Source: Candidatus Dormiibacterota bacterium (GTDB lineage Bacteria; Chloroflexota; Dormibacteria; CF-121). Taken from it: a DNA stretch of 64,000 nucleotides. The stretch is taken from assembly GCA_036269255.1 (NCBI GenBank), contig DATASI010000121.1, positions 7,875 through 71,874 of the forward strand, given 5' to 3'. The position numbers and the translations under genes were made by a program. Positions 17,042 through 25,617 of this stretch are shown here, piece after piece. The notes beneath the pieces were generated by a model. It made no database searches and had not been told where the DNA came from. It saw only the letters and a list, made by a program, of their open reading frames with translations. Position 1 is the stretch's first letter; each line of letters opens with the position of its first letter.

Positions 17042-17841
17042 TGCCTGCCCGGGCGGAGATCGGCGTCTTCGGCGGCTCCGGCTTTTATGAGTGGCTGGGC
17101 GCCAGCGAGCCGGTGACGGTCGACACGCCGTACGGGCAGCCGAGCGGCCCGATTGCGATCGCGGAGCTGGCGGGGCGCCGGGTTGCGTTTCTCGCGCGCC
17201 ATGGGCCCAAGCACACCATCCCGCCGCCGCAGGTCAACTACCGGGCGAACGTCTGGGCGATGCGCGAGCTGGGCGTGGAACGGATCATCGGACCCTCCGC
17301 CGTCGGCAGCCTGCAGCCGTCGCTGAAGCCCGGCGACCTGGTCGTCGCCGACCAGTTCATCGACCGAACGACCGGGCGGGCCGACACCTATTACGTCGGA
17401 CCGGAGGTTGTCCACGTCAGCGCCGCCGACCCCTACTGTCCCGAGCTGCGAGCGCTGGCCGCCCGGGTGGCCGTAGACCAGTCGCTGCGATTTCAGGACC
17501 ATGGAACGGTCGTCGTCGTCCAGGGTCCTCGCTTTTCGACCCGGGCCGAGAGCCGATGGTACTCGGGAATGGGCTGGGACATCATTGGCATGACCCAGTA
17601 TCCCGAGGTGATCCTCGCCCGGGAGCAGGAGATGTGTTACCTGAACCTCTCGCTGGTGACGGACTACGACGCCGGGCTTGCGGACGCTCCGGAGGTGGGC
17701 GCGGTCCAGGCGCAGGACGTCATCCGGGTGCTCGCGGAGAACATCTTCAGGGTGCGGGCGCTGCTGGCGGCCCTCATACCCCTGATCCCGCCGGTCCGCA
17801 CCTGCCCCTGCCCGCACGCGCTCGAAGGGGCCAGGGTTTGA
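17041..17841 (+). CDS. mtnP: S-methyl-5'-thioadenosine phosphorylase (PNP/MTAP family)
   Basis: Start at the internal ATG 17041 (MPARAEIGVFGGSGFY…). MTAP-like motifs are present (…RHGPKHTIPPPQVNYRANVWAMRELGV…IGMTQYPEV…). The ORF-track upstream extension is spurious and overlaps the ThiF gene. Confidence 0.85.
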   Translation: MPARAEIGVFGGSGFYEWLGASEPVTVDTPYGQPSGPIAIAELAGRRVAFLARHGPKHTIPPPQVNYRANVWAMRELGVERIIGPSAVGSLQPSLKPGDLVVADQFIDRTTGRADTYYVGPEVVHVSAADPYCPELRALAARVAVDQSLRFQDHGTVVVVQGPRFSTRAESRWYSGMGWDIIGMTQYPEVILAREQEMCYLNLSLVTDYDAGLADAPEVGAVQAQDVIRVLAENIFRVRALLAALIPLIPPVRTCPCPHALEGARV

Positions 17842-17851
17842 GCAAAGAAAA

Positions 17852-17875
17852 AGGCCGAGATTGGGGTCTCGGCCT
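17852..17875. terminator. GC-rich hairpin downstream of the MTAP operon
   Basis: A 9-bp stem AGGCCGAGA-ttgggg-TCTCGGCCT is preceded by an A-run (a T-run on the opposite strand). It may be a bidirectional or I-shaped terminator. Confidence 0.4.
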
Positions 17876-17998
17876 TCAAGGAAGGGGAAGCGGGACTCAC
17901 GATACGGCGGGCCTGTTAAGGACCAGTGAAGGGGCGGTAACGGGCGTGTCACGGGCCCAATTCGACGCCCGTTCGGGCGTCGGGTATAGTCCGCACGA

Positions 17999-19096
17999 GT
18001 GAAGGTGCTGATCACCGGTGGAGCCGGCTTCATCGGCCAGCGGACCGCGCAGCTCTTGCTCAAGCAGGGCCACCAGGTCACGGTTCTCGACAACCTGGCG
18101 CCGCCCGCCCACGACGGGCCGCCGGCGCTCCCGGCCGGGATGGAGCTGGTCGAGGGGGACGTGCGCAAGCGCGAGGACTGGGTCAAGGCGATCAAGGACA
18201 ACGAGGTCGTCCTCCACCTGGCCGATCACCACGATTACCTGCCATCGTTCAGCAAGCTTTTCCACGTCAATGCCGTGGGCGCCGGCATTCTCTTCGAGCT
18301 GTTGCTGGACCGCAAGACATCGGTGCGACGGGTCGTCCTCGGGTCCTCGACGGCGGTCTATGGTGAGGGGAAGTATCGCTGCGGAAAGGATGGTGACGTC
18401 TATCCGCATCCGCGGACGGTCGAGGCGCTGGAGCGCGCCATGTGGGATCCGCCATGTCCGATCTGTGGCGGCGCGATCAGCCCGATGGTCACCGACGAAT
18501 CGGTCACCCGCCCGACCAGCGCCTACGGGCTGAGCAAGCTGGCCCAGGAAGACCTCCTGCGGCTGGTGGGAGAGCGCCAGGGGATCGAGTGGGTCATCCT
18601 CCGATATGGGGCCGTCCAGGGCCGGCCGCAGCCGTTCCAGAACGCCTACTTCGGCGCGCTGCGGATCTTCGCCTTGAGGCTCGCGCACAATCAGCCGCCG
18701 ATGCTGCTGGAGGACGGCAACCAGCTGCGCGATTTTGTCGACGTCGAGGACGTGGCGCGGGCCAACCTGACCGCGCTCGGCGACCTCCCCGTCGGCACCT
18801 ACAACGTCGCCAGTGGACGGGCGCATACCCTCATGGACCTGGCGCGCACGCTGCTGCGCGCGGCCAACCGCGACCTGTTACCGGAAACGCCGGGACGCTA
18901 TCGCGTTGGAGACGCCAGGCATGTGGTGCCGGATGTCAGCCGGCTCAAGGCGGCCGGCTGGGAAGCGCAGCTGGGGCTCGAGGCGATGGCGCGCGGCTAC
19001 TGGCAATGGCTGAGCGAGCAGACCAACCTGGATACCTATTTCGAAGGGGCGGAATACTTGATGGAGCGCACCGGAACCGTTCGCGTGTCGCGATGA
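17999..19096 (+). CDS. NAD-dependent epimerase/dehydratase (extended SDR) with a Cys-containing insertion
   Basis: The GGAGFIG N-terminal Rossmann motif and the YGLSK catalytic Y-x3-K are present. There is an inserted segment …YRCGKDG…DPPCPICGG…. Confidence 0.82.
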   Translation: MKVLITGGAGFIGQRTAQLLLKQGHQVTVLDNLAPPAHDGPPALPAGMELVEGDVRKREDWVKAIKDNEVVLHLADHHDYLPSFSKLFHVNAVGAGILFELLLDRKTSVRRVVLGSSTAVYGEGKYRCGKDGDVYPHPRTVEALERAMWDPPCPICGGAISPMVTDESVTRPTSAYGLSKLAQEDLLRLVGERQGIEWVILRYGAVQGRPQPFQNAYFGALRIFALRLAHNQPPMLLEDGNQLRDFVDVEDVARANLTALGDLPVGTYNVASGRAHTLMDLARTLLRAANRDLLPETPGRYRVGDARHVVPDVSRLKAAGWEAQLGLEAMARGYWQWLSEQTNLDTYFEGAEYLMERTGTVRVSR

Positions 19097-19635
19097 CCCA
19101 GGGCGCGACCCGACGCTTTCCCATCCGCTACTCGATCCAGCGCTGGAACGACGGCGTCTGGTTCTACGGCAGCTTTTTGGTCATCCTCGTGGTGCTGACC
19201 GCCGGCAAGCTGATCGCGCATCAGAGCATCGTGTCGTTCGTCCCGGTGCTCGTGCTCGACGCCGGCATCCTGCTGGCGTTCTGGCTGATGAGGCTGCTGT
19301 CATACGTCGAGGTGCTGGACGACGCCGTTCGCATCCGCTACATCACGCGGCGCATGGATCTTCCCTATGCAGCCCTTTCCCGCGTCCGGCGTCAGCCGCT
19401 GGAGGTTGCCTTTCAGCCGGCGGAGCGGCGGCGCTTCGTCAACCGCTTTGTGCGGCGGCTGGGCCGCCAACCGGCAGCCTACCTTCGGCTCGACCGTCGA
19501 CAGGACAACCTGGTCGAGCAGGCGGAACGACGGCTTGGGCCGCGCCTCGTTGCCGGGGCAGACATCGTGGTGCCGATCATCGGTGTCGATGAATTTCTGA
19601 GCGAGGTCAAGCTCCGCCTCCGCGGGAGCACGTGA
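19093..19635 (+). CDS. Hypothetical membrane protein
   Basis: ATGA overlap with the epimerase stop. The product is about 180 aa with 2 TM helices near the N-terminus and an Arg-rich C-terminal domain. The ORF-track 5' extension is spurious. Confidence 0.5.
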   Translation: MTQGATRRFPIRYSIQRWNDGVWFYGSFLVILVVLTAGKLIAHQSIVSFVPVLVLDAGILLAFWLMRLLSYVEVLDDAVRIRYITRRMDLPYAALSRVRRQPLEVAFQPAERRRFVNRFVRRLGRQPAAYLRLDRRQDNLVEQAERRLGPRLVAGADIVVPIIGVDEFLSEVKLRLRGST

Positions 19636-19675
19636 TCCAGACAGCCTGGCCTGACGGCCCGTTGCTTATGGGCAG

Positions 19676-21295
19676 ATGACACAAACAGCCATCCACGCAC
19701 AGAAGCGGGCAGCATGGTGGCGGATCGACCGGCAGGATCTCTACTGGTTGCTGGCGCTGACCCTGGTTGCCGGCTTCCTGCGCTTTGCCAGCCCGATCTT
19801 TCTGGACGTCTTCAGCCATCCAACCAGCGCCGCGCCAGTCAGCGCCTGGGGCATCGGCCATAACTACCAGGACCCCAAGATCGCGGGACTGGGGAAGCCG
19901 AATCAGATCGCGCCATCCTCGCCCTTCGTCTTCGACGAGCTGTACTTCGCGAACGACGCGCACGACGATATCCTGGGCCGCGATTATTTCGATCCCGAGC
20001 CGCCACTGGCGAAATTGATCATCGCCGTCGGAGAGGTCCTCTTCGGGTTCAACTCCTTCGGCTGGCGGGTGATGGTGGGGCTGTTCGGGACCGCGATGGT
20101 GCCCTTGATGTACCTGCTGGCTCGGCAGCTCCTGGCGGTGCGCTTCTTCGCGATCGCCGCCGGGGTGCTGACGGTCTTCGACGGCATGCTGTTCGTGGAA
20201 TCGCGGACCGCCGTGATCGACATCATTCCGATCGCGCTGACCGTGCTGGTCTACCTGATATTTCATCTGCACCTCAACGCCGACACCTCCGTGCGCCAGC
20301 GCTGGACGATCGTCCTCACCGGCATTCTTATGGGGCTGGCGATCGGTGCCAAGTGGACGGCGATCGCCGCCTACGGCGTCATCATCGCGATCCTGGCGTT
20401 CCGGCTGATCGCCGGCTGGACCCGATACGATCGGCGCACCCTTGGCACGGCGGTGCTCAGCCTGGGGCTGCTCCCGGTGATCTTCTACTCGTTGACCTTC
20501 ATCCGCTACCTGATGATCGAGCACTCGATCACGAGCCTGCCGCAGCCCCCGCTCGCCTTCGCGCCCTTCCATTTCAACCCGGGCGCTGCCTGGACGGACA
20601 TCGCCGAATGGCACCGGCAGACCTGGCTCTATCACATCAACCTGAAGGCCGATCACATCTTCTACAGCCCCTGGTGGAGCTGGCCGCTCGACTTCCGGCC
20701 GGTCGTCTACTACTTCACCAACACCGGGCTGGGCGTTGACCAGTCGACCGGCTCGGCACTGGTCGGCGAGATCTTCAATCTCGGTAACCCGCTGGCCTGG
20801 TGGGGCGGGACCTTCTCGCTGATCGGGCTCGGGATCGGGCTGCCCTGGCTGATCCGCGATTACCGGAGCCGCCGTCGGGCGCAGGGTGCCAGCATCGAAG
20901 GGGCAGACGAGGCGGGACCGGTTGATCAGCGGCTCTATGCATCGCTTTTCTTGTTGACCGCCTTTGTGGCCGCCTGGTTACCGCTGTCGCGCATCCCTCG
21001 CGGACTCTTCCTTTATCACATGCTGGGCGGCCTTCCCGCGATGCTGCTTGCCCTGGCGCTGAGCCTCACCTACCTCAGGTCGTTGAGCGGCGTGCGACCA
21101 GGATTTGCCGCGCGGCTCAGCGGCGCGGTGCCCGCCTACGCCTTCCTGTTGATGGTGATCGCCTTCTTTTTCTACTTCTATCCGCTCTGGACCGGGTTGC
21201 CGCTCACCTCCGACGCGCTCAATGGCCACATCTGGTTTGCCTTCGTCAAACCGTGGCCCAACTGGTGCCTCTGCTACTGGACGAATCCGGGCTAG
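19676..21295 (+). CDS. pmt: Dolichyl/polyprenyl-phosphate-mannose protein O-mannosyltransferase (PMT/GT39 family)
   Basis: Loop-1 DE motif (PFVFDELYFANDAHD), an EPPLAKLIIA motif and multiple TM helices in a GT-C fold. Confidence 0.8.
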   Translation: MTQTAIHAQKRAAWWRIDRQDLYWLLALTLVAGFLRFASPIFLDVFSHPTSAAPVSAWGIGHNYQDPKIAGLGKPNQIAPSSPFVFDELYFANDAHDDILGRDYFDPEPPLAKLIIAVGEVLFGFNSFGWRVMVGLFGTAMVPLMYLLARQLLAVRFFAIAAGVLTVFDGMLFVESRTAVIDIIPIALTVLVYLIFHLHLNADTSVRQRWTIVLTGILMGLAIGAKWTAIAAYGVIIAILAFRLIAGWTRYDRRTLGTAVLSLGLLPVIFYSLTFIRYLMIEHSITSLPQPPLAFAPFHFNPGAAWTDIAEWHRQTWLYHINLKADHIFYSPWWSWPLDFRPVVYYFTNTGLGVDQSTGSALVGEIFNLGNPLAWWGGTFSLIGLGIGLPWLIRDYRSRRRAQGASIEGADEAGPVDQRLYASLFLLTAFVAAWLPLSRIPRGLFLYHMLGGLPAMLLALALSLTYLRSLSGVRPGFAARLSGAVPAYAFLLMVIAFFFYFYPLWTGLPLTSDALNGHIWFAFVKPWPNWCLCYWTNPG

Positions 21296-23232
21296 CGCTC
21301 GTCGCCGGCGGCCTCGTCCTGGGCCTGGGCCTGGCATGGGGAGGGCCGCCCTGGCTCACCGTCGGCGAACGACTGGTGATCGGGATGGTTCTCTCGGTGG
21401 TGAGCCTCACCGTCGGCGGTTACCTGCTGGCGCTGGCGATCGGCATCACGCCCGGCCTGGTGCTGCTACTGGCGGCCGCCGGACTTCTCGGAGGTGGCCT
21501 GCTGCTCGCCCGTCATCGCGGACGGATCGGGCGTGAGGTCCGTCATTTCCGCGAGGAGTTCGTGCTCCACGACCTGGCGCTCCCGGCCGCGGTCGTCGTC
21601 ATCGCGCTCGCGCTCGGCTACCTCTTCGCCCGAGCCGTGGAGATCACCCCCGATGCCTGGCTGAGCCACTACAACAACACGTGGTCGGACTGGTCGTTGC
21701 ATGCCGGCTACGCGACGAGCTTCGTCTACGGGCACAATCTGCCACCTCAGAATCCGCTTTACGCGGGTACGCCCTTCCGCTATCCCCTGGCGCCCGACTT
21801 CGCCAGCTCGATGTTGATCGGTGGTGGCTGGAACATCCCCGCGGCGCTAGCCTGGCCGGGCTGGGCGATGACGGTGCTCGCGCTCAGCGGGCTCATCCTT
21901 TGGGCTCGCCGGCTGACCGGCGGCGTGAGCGCCGGCGTGATCGCCGTCAGCCTGACGCTGCTTGGGGGTGGCGTCGGCTTCTGGTTCTTTTTCGGTGATG
22001 CGGCCCACCTGGGCCTGCTCAACACGCTGCTCCACATTCCTCGGAGCTACGACCGCTTCGACCCGCCCGTCAATATTCAGTGGTACAACCCGATCCTTTC
22101 GTACTACCTGCCGCAACGAACCTTCGTGTTCGGGGCGGCGATGGTGCTGGCGATCGTGTTGCTGATCACGCCGCCCGTTCTACGCACACCCTTCTTTCAA
22201 TGGCGGACAACGCTGGCGACACTCAGCCACTCCTGGCAGCGGCCCGTCTTCAAGAGCGAGGCGGTGGCGTTCGCGGTCGCCGGTGTCGTGGCGGGGCTCT
22301 TGCCCTGGTTTCACGTTCACAGCCTGGTGGCGGTCGGATTGGTGGCGGCCGGCTGGGCGCTCTGTTACCCGCGCCCGGCCTGGATCGGGTTCTTCGCCGC
22401 GATGCTCGTGCTCGCCGTGCCCCGGTTGCTGCTGTCGGTTCCCGGCGACGCCGGCCTGTCCCCGGATCACCAGTACCCTCGCTGGCTGATTGGCTGGATG
22501 TCCGGCGCAGATTCTCCGGTCTGGTTCTGGATCAAGAACACCGGGCTCTTCTGGCCGCTGCTGCTGGTGGCCCTGCTGAGCCCGCTGGCGCTGAACCGGC
22601 GCGCGCGCCTTCTGATTGCGCCGTTCAGCCTGGTGTTCCTGATCGCCAACCTCATCAAGTTCCAGCCGTGGGATTGGGACAACACCAAGCTGCTCGTCTT
22701 CTGGTACCTGGGGAGCGCGGTCGCCGTCGGAGCGCTGCTCGCGCGAATCTGGCGGGCCGGCGTGGCCGGCGGCCTGCTGGCCGGCGCCGGCTGGATCACG
22801 CTGGTCGCCTCCGGGGTGCTCTCGCTGCTGCAGGTGCTCCCGCCGCAGGGCCCGAGCTACGGGTGGTTTTCGAGCGAGGAGGTGCAGCTCGCCGCGCAGG
22901 TGCGGACGGCGACGCCGGCAAAGGCGACCTTCGTCACCGGCGAGGAGCCGAACAATCCGATTGCCGACCTCGCGGGCCGCTCGGTGCTGATCAGCTATCC
23001 GGGGTGGCTGTGGAGCTATGGCATCAACTACGCCCAACGGGAAGCGGACCTGACTCGCATCTACTCGGGAGGCTCTGCGGCACTGGCGCTGCTCCACCAG
23101 TATCACGCCGAGTATCTCGTGGTCGGCCCCAGCGAGCGCGCGACTCTGCGCCCCAACCTCGATTACTTCAATGCGAACTTCCGGCTGGTGCTGCAAAGCC
23201 CGAACTACCAGATCTACCAGGTGCCTCGATGA
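21253..23232 (+). CDS. Large polytopic membrane protein, possibly a GT-C-type glycosyltransferase
   Basis: 659 aa with at least 12 TM helices and conserved-looking loops (WSDWSLHAGYATSFVYGHNLPPQNPLYAG). The start is uncertain; GTG 21253 overlaps pmt by 43 nt. Confidence 0.55.
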   Translation: MAQLVPLLLDESGLALVAGGLVLGLGLAWGGPPWLTVGERLVIGMVLSVVSLTVGGYLLALAIGITPGLVLLLAAAGLLGGGLLLARHRGRIGREVRHFREEFVLHDLALPAAVVVIALALGYLFARAVEITPDAWLSHYNNTWSDWSLHAGYATSFVYGHNLPPQNPLYAGTPFRYPLAPDFASSMLIGGGWNIPAALAWPGWAMTVLALSGLILWARRLTGGVSAGVIAVSLTLLGGGVGFWFFFGDAAHLGLLNTLLHIPRSYDRFDPPVNIQWYNPILSYYLPQRTFVFGAAMVLAIVLLITPPVLRTPFFQWRTTLATLSHSWQRPVFKSEAVAFAVAGVVAGLLPWFHVHSLVAVGLVAAGWALCYPRPAWIGFFAAMLVLAVPRLLLSVPGDAGLSPDHQYPRWLIGWMSGADSPVWFWIKNTGLFWPLLLVALLSPLALNRRARLLIAPFSLVFLIANLIKFQPWDWDNTKLLVFWYLGSAVAVGALLARIWRAGVAGGLLAGAGWITLVASGVLSLLQVLPPQGPSYGWFSSEEVQLAAQVRTATPAKATFVTGEEPNNPIADLAGRSVLISYPGWLWSYGINYAQREADLTRIYSGGSAALALLHQYHAEYLVVGPSERATLRPNLDYFNANFRLVLQSPNYQIYQVPR

Positions 23233-23294
23233 GCCCCCACCCTACCCTCCCCCGCAAGCGGGGGAGGGAAACTGAAGGTCCCTAGAATGCAGCC

Positions 23295-23636
23295 GTGCTG
23301 ACCCGCTTCCTGATCCATATCGTCTCGCTGCTGTTCGTCTTCTATGTCATCTGGCACGTCCACACCGGGATCCTTGGCGCCGCCGTGGTGATGGCCCTCA
23401 TCCTGGCCGTGATCAACACCATCATCCGTCCGGTGCTGATCATGCTCACGCTGCCTGTCACGATCCTGACGCTGGGGCTCTTTGTCGTCATCCTCAACGC
23501 GCTGCTGTTCGCGCTTGCCTTTGCGGTGCTGCAGGGGCTGATGAACGTCCACTTCGACGTGAGCTTCGCCCAGATCGTGCTCGGCTACCTGATCTACGTC
23601 GTCATCAGCATGGTGCTGACGCGGTTGTTCCGCTAA
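23295..23636 (+). CDS. Small membrane protein of the phage-holin-4_2 / YvlD-like family
   Basis: 113 aa with four TM helices and a characteristic NTIIRPVLIMLTLPVTILTLGLFVVILNALLF motif. Confidence 0.55.
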   Translation: MLTRFLIHIVSLLFVFYVIWHVHTGILGAAVVMALILAVINTIIRPVLIMLTLPVTILTLGLFVVILNALLFALAFAVLQGLMNVHFDVSFAQIVLGYLIYVVISMVLTRLFR

Positions 23637-24799
23637 AAGGCCCAGTAACCCCGGCCGAAGGCGAGACCGAAGACGACGAAGGCGACGAGGGATCCGGCAA
23701 CCATCGTCAGATAGAGCCAGCGACTCTCGATCCGCCCGACCAGCAGGAACAGCGGATACATCGCCAGCAGGTACCGCGGGATGCTGAGCCAGAAGGGAAG
23801 AAAGGTCACCATCACCGTCAGCACGGTGGCGTAGACCGCATCCGACGGTCGCAGCCGGAGCCAGCTGAGTGCCGAGACCGCATAGGCGGTGAGCCCGCCG
23901 GCAAGCTCGCCCCCGCCCACGGTGAGCTTCTCCCAGGGAATTCGCCAGCCGATGCTGCTGACGGCGGTCGCGAATCCCACCCAGGGGGCGGCGAGCGCGT
24001 GCGACCAGTGCTCGCGTTGCACGCTGACGAACGCGAACGGGTTTCCGAGCACGAGCTGATTGGTCACAAGATAGGTGGCGAAGCCGAGCACGATCAGGAC
24101 CCCGGCACCCAGCGGCTGCCAGGCCCGGCGCAACGACGGGCGTCCGATCAGCAGCTCGGCCGCGAGAAAGGGGAGCAGGGCCACGCCGGTGAGGCGGGTG
24201 GCGGCGGACAGGCCGCCCAGGATGCCCGACGCGATCCAACGGCGGTGCCGGGCCGCCAGCACGGCGGCGAATGAGAGCGCGCAGAACAGCGCCTCGGTGT
24301 AGCCGACGAGCAGGAAATAGGCGGTCGGGAAAAGGGTGAAGAAGGCGGCGGCGCGGAAGGCGGCTCTGGCATCGCGATCCAGGCGGGCGATCTCATAGAG
24401 GAGGACGGCGGCGGCGACCCCGGCGACATTGCTCACCAGCAGCGCCGCCAGGCGGAGTGGCAGCCCGGCGGTTGCCAGTGCGCCAACCAGCGCCGGGTAG
24501 AGGGGAAAGAACGCGATCAGGTTGCGGGCGTCGCCTGTCGCGCGGTAACCGTTGGCGGCGAGAAAAAGGTAGTGCCTGGCATCCCACTGGTCCCAGCTCC
24601 GGCCGAGGGCCGTCAGGGGGTCCGGGTCCGATCCATAGGCGAGCAGGGTCAGGACCGTCAGCAGCACCTTGACCAGCAGCGCGAGGATCAGCAGGTTGAT
24701 CCAGTCGCGCGGAATCCGCCCCAGGACGCTCGCTGCCGTTAAGGTTCGGGTACGATGCTGCGGCAACAGGCCTTCGGCCGGCTGGCGGCTTGAGCTCAC
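23633..24799 (-). CDS. Membrane mannosyltransferase of the PIG-V/GT76-like family (DUF2029-type)
   Basis: HYLFLAANGY and FFPLYP motifs with multiple TM helices. The 5' end overlaps the divergent IMPase ORF-track start. Confidence 0.6.
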   Translation of the reverse strand: MSSSRQPAEGLLPQHRTRTLTAASVLGRIPRDWINLLILALLVKVLLTVLTLLAYGSDPDPLTALGRSWDQWDARHYLFLAANGYRATGDARNLIAFFPLYPALVGALATAGLPLRLAALLVSNVAGVAAAVLLYEIARLDRDARAAFRAAAFFTLFPTAYFLLVGYTEALFCALSFAAVLAARHRRWIASGILGGLSAATRLTGVALLPFLAAELLIGRPSLRRAWQPLGAGVLIVLGFATYLVTNQLVLGNPFAFVSVQREHWSHALAAPWVGFATAVSSIGWRIPWEKLTVGGGELAGGLTAYAVSALSWLRLRPSDAVYATVLTVMVTFLPFWLSIPRYLLAMYPLFLLVGRIESRWLYLTMVAGSLVAFVVFGLAFGRGYWAF

Positions 24800-24825
24800 C
24801 GAACTGGCTTCCGCTGTTCCGCGAC

Positions 24826-25617
24826 ATGGCGGCCGAGGTCCGGGACGGCGTCACACCACTTGCCGGAAGTGCCAGAGGCCGAGAGGTGGTCGGCGCCGGC
24901 GCCGGCGGCGACCAGACGATCTACCTGGATCAGCTGGCCGAAGCGATCGTGGTCCGCCACCTCGAGCAAGCCTATCGCAGCGGTTTTCGCTTCCACCTGA
25001 TCTCCGAGGAACTCGGCGAGCGTGACTTCGGCGGTTCCTCCCTCATCCTGGTCGATCCGCTCGACGGCAGCTACAACGCGAAGTCCGGGCTGCCATACTA
25101 TGCCGTCGTGCTGGCGGCCACGGAGGGTGACCGATTCGAGGATGTGGTGTTCGGTTACGTGCAGAACCTCGTGACCGGGGACGAGTTTTACGCCGCCCGA
25201 GGCGGCGGAGCGTTTCGCAACGGCCACCGGCTCGCGCCTGAGCCGGTCCCCTTCGACGGGCGCTCGATCCCGCTGGTCCAGCTCGACGCTCCCACCGGGG
25301 TGGAGCCGAGGGGGCGGGCCCTGCCGATCTGCAACCAGGCGGAGAAGATCCGGCAGCTGGGATCGGCGGCACTCAACCTCTGTCACACGGCGGCCGGCGG
25401 CATTGCGCTCCAGGCGACCCCCGCTCCGGTCCGGGCCTTTGACCTGGCCGGTCCACTGCGCATCCTCTGGGAAGCCGGAGGCGTGGCCTCGGACTTCGAA
25501 GGGGGGCCGCTGGAGCAGGTTTCGGTCCGGCTGGATTCGCGCACCACGCTGCTCGCCTCGCTCACACCGGCGATCCACCGGTACGCGTTGCAGCTGATGG
25601 GGGCGGAGGTGACGTGA
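24826..25617 (+). CDS. Inositol monophosphatase / FBPase-family phosphatase
   Basis: Metal-binding motifs ISEE and DPLDGS are present. The start is taken at MAAEVRDG (24826); the track ATG 24790 overlaps the divergent gene. Confidence 0.8.
   Translation: MAAEVRDGVTPLAGSARGREVVGAGAGGDQTIYLDQLAEAIVVRHLEQAYRSGFRFHLISEELGERDFGGSSLILVDPLDGSYNAKSGLPYYAVVLAATEGDRFEDVVFGYVQNLVTGDEFYAARGGGAFRNGHRLAPEPVPFDGRSIPLVQLDAPTGVEPRGRALPICNQAEKIRQLGSAALNLCHTAAGGIALQATPAPVRAFDLAGPLRILWEAGGVASDFEGGPLEQVSVRLDSRTTLLASLTPAIHRYALQLMGAEVT

Noticed and set aside
18442-19100. Long N-terminal extensions on ORF-track entries (18442..19635, 16693..17841, 11698..12915, 37577..38728, 60689..61519, 50928..51569, 49465..51078)
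   Set aside because: The extensions overlap upstream genes, are Arg/Pro-rich and lack homology. Internal ATG/GTG starts that coincide with the upstream gene's stop codon, or that carry an SD, were used instead.
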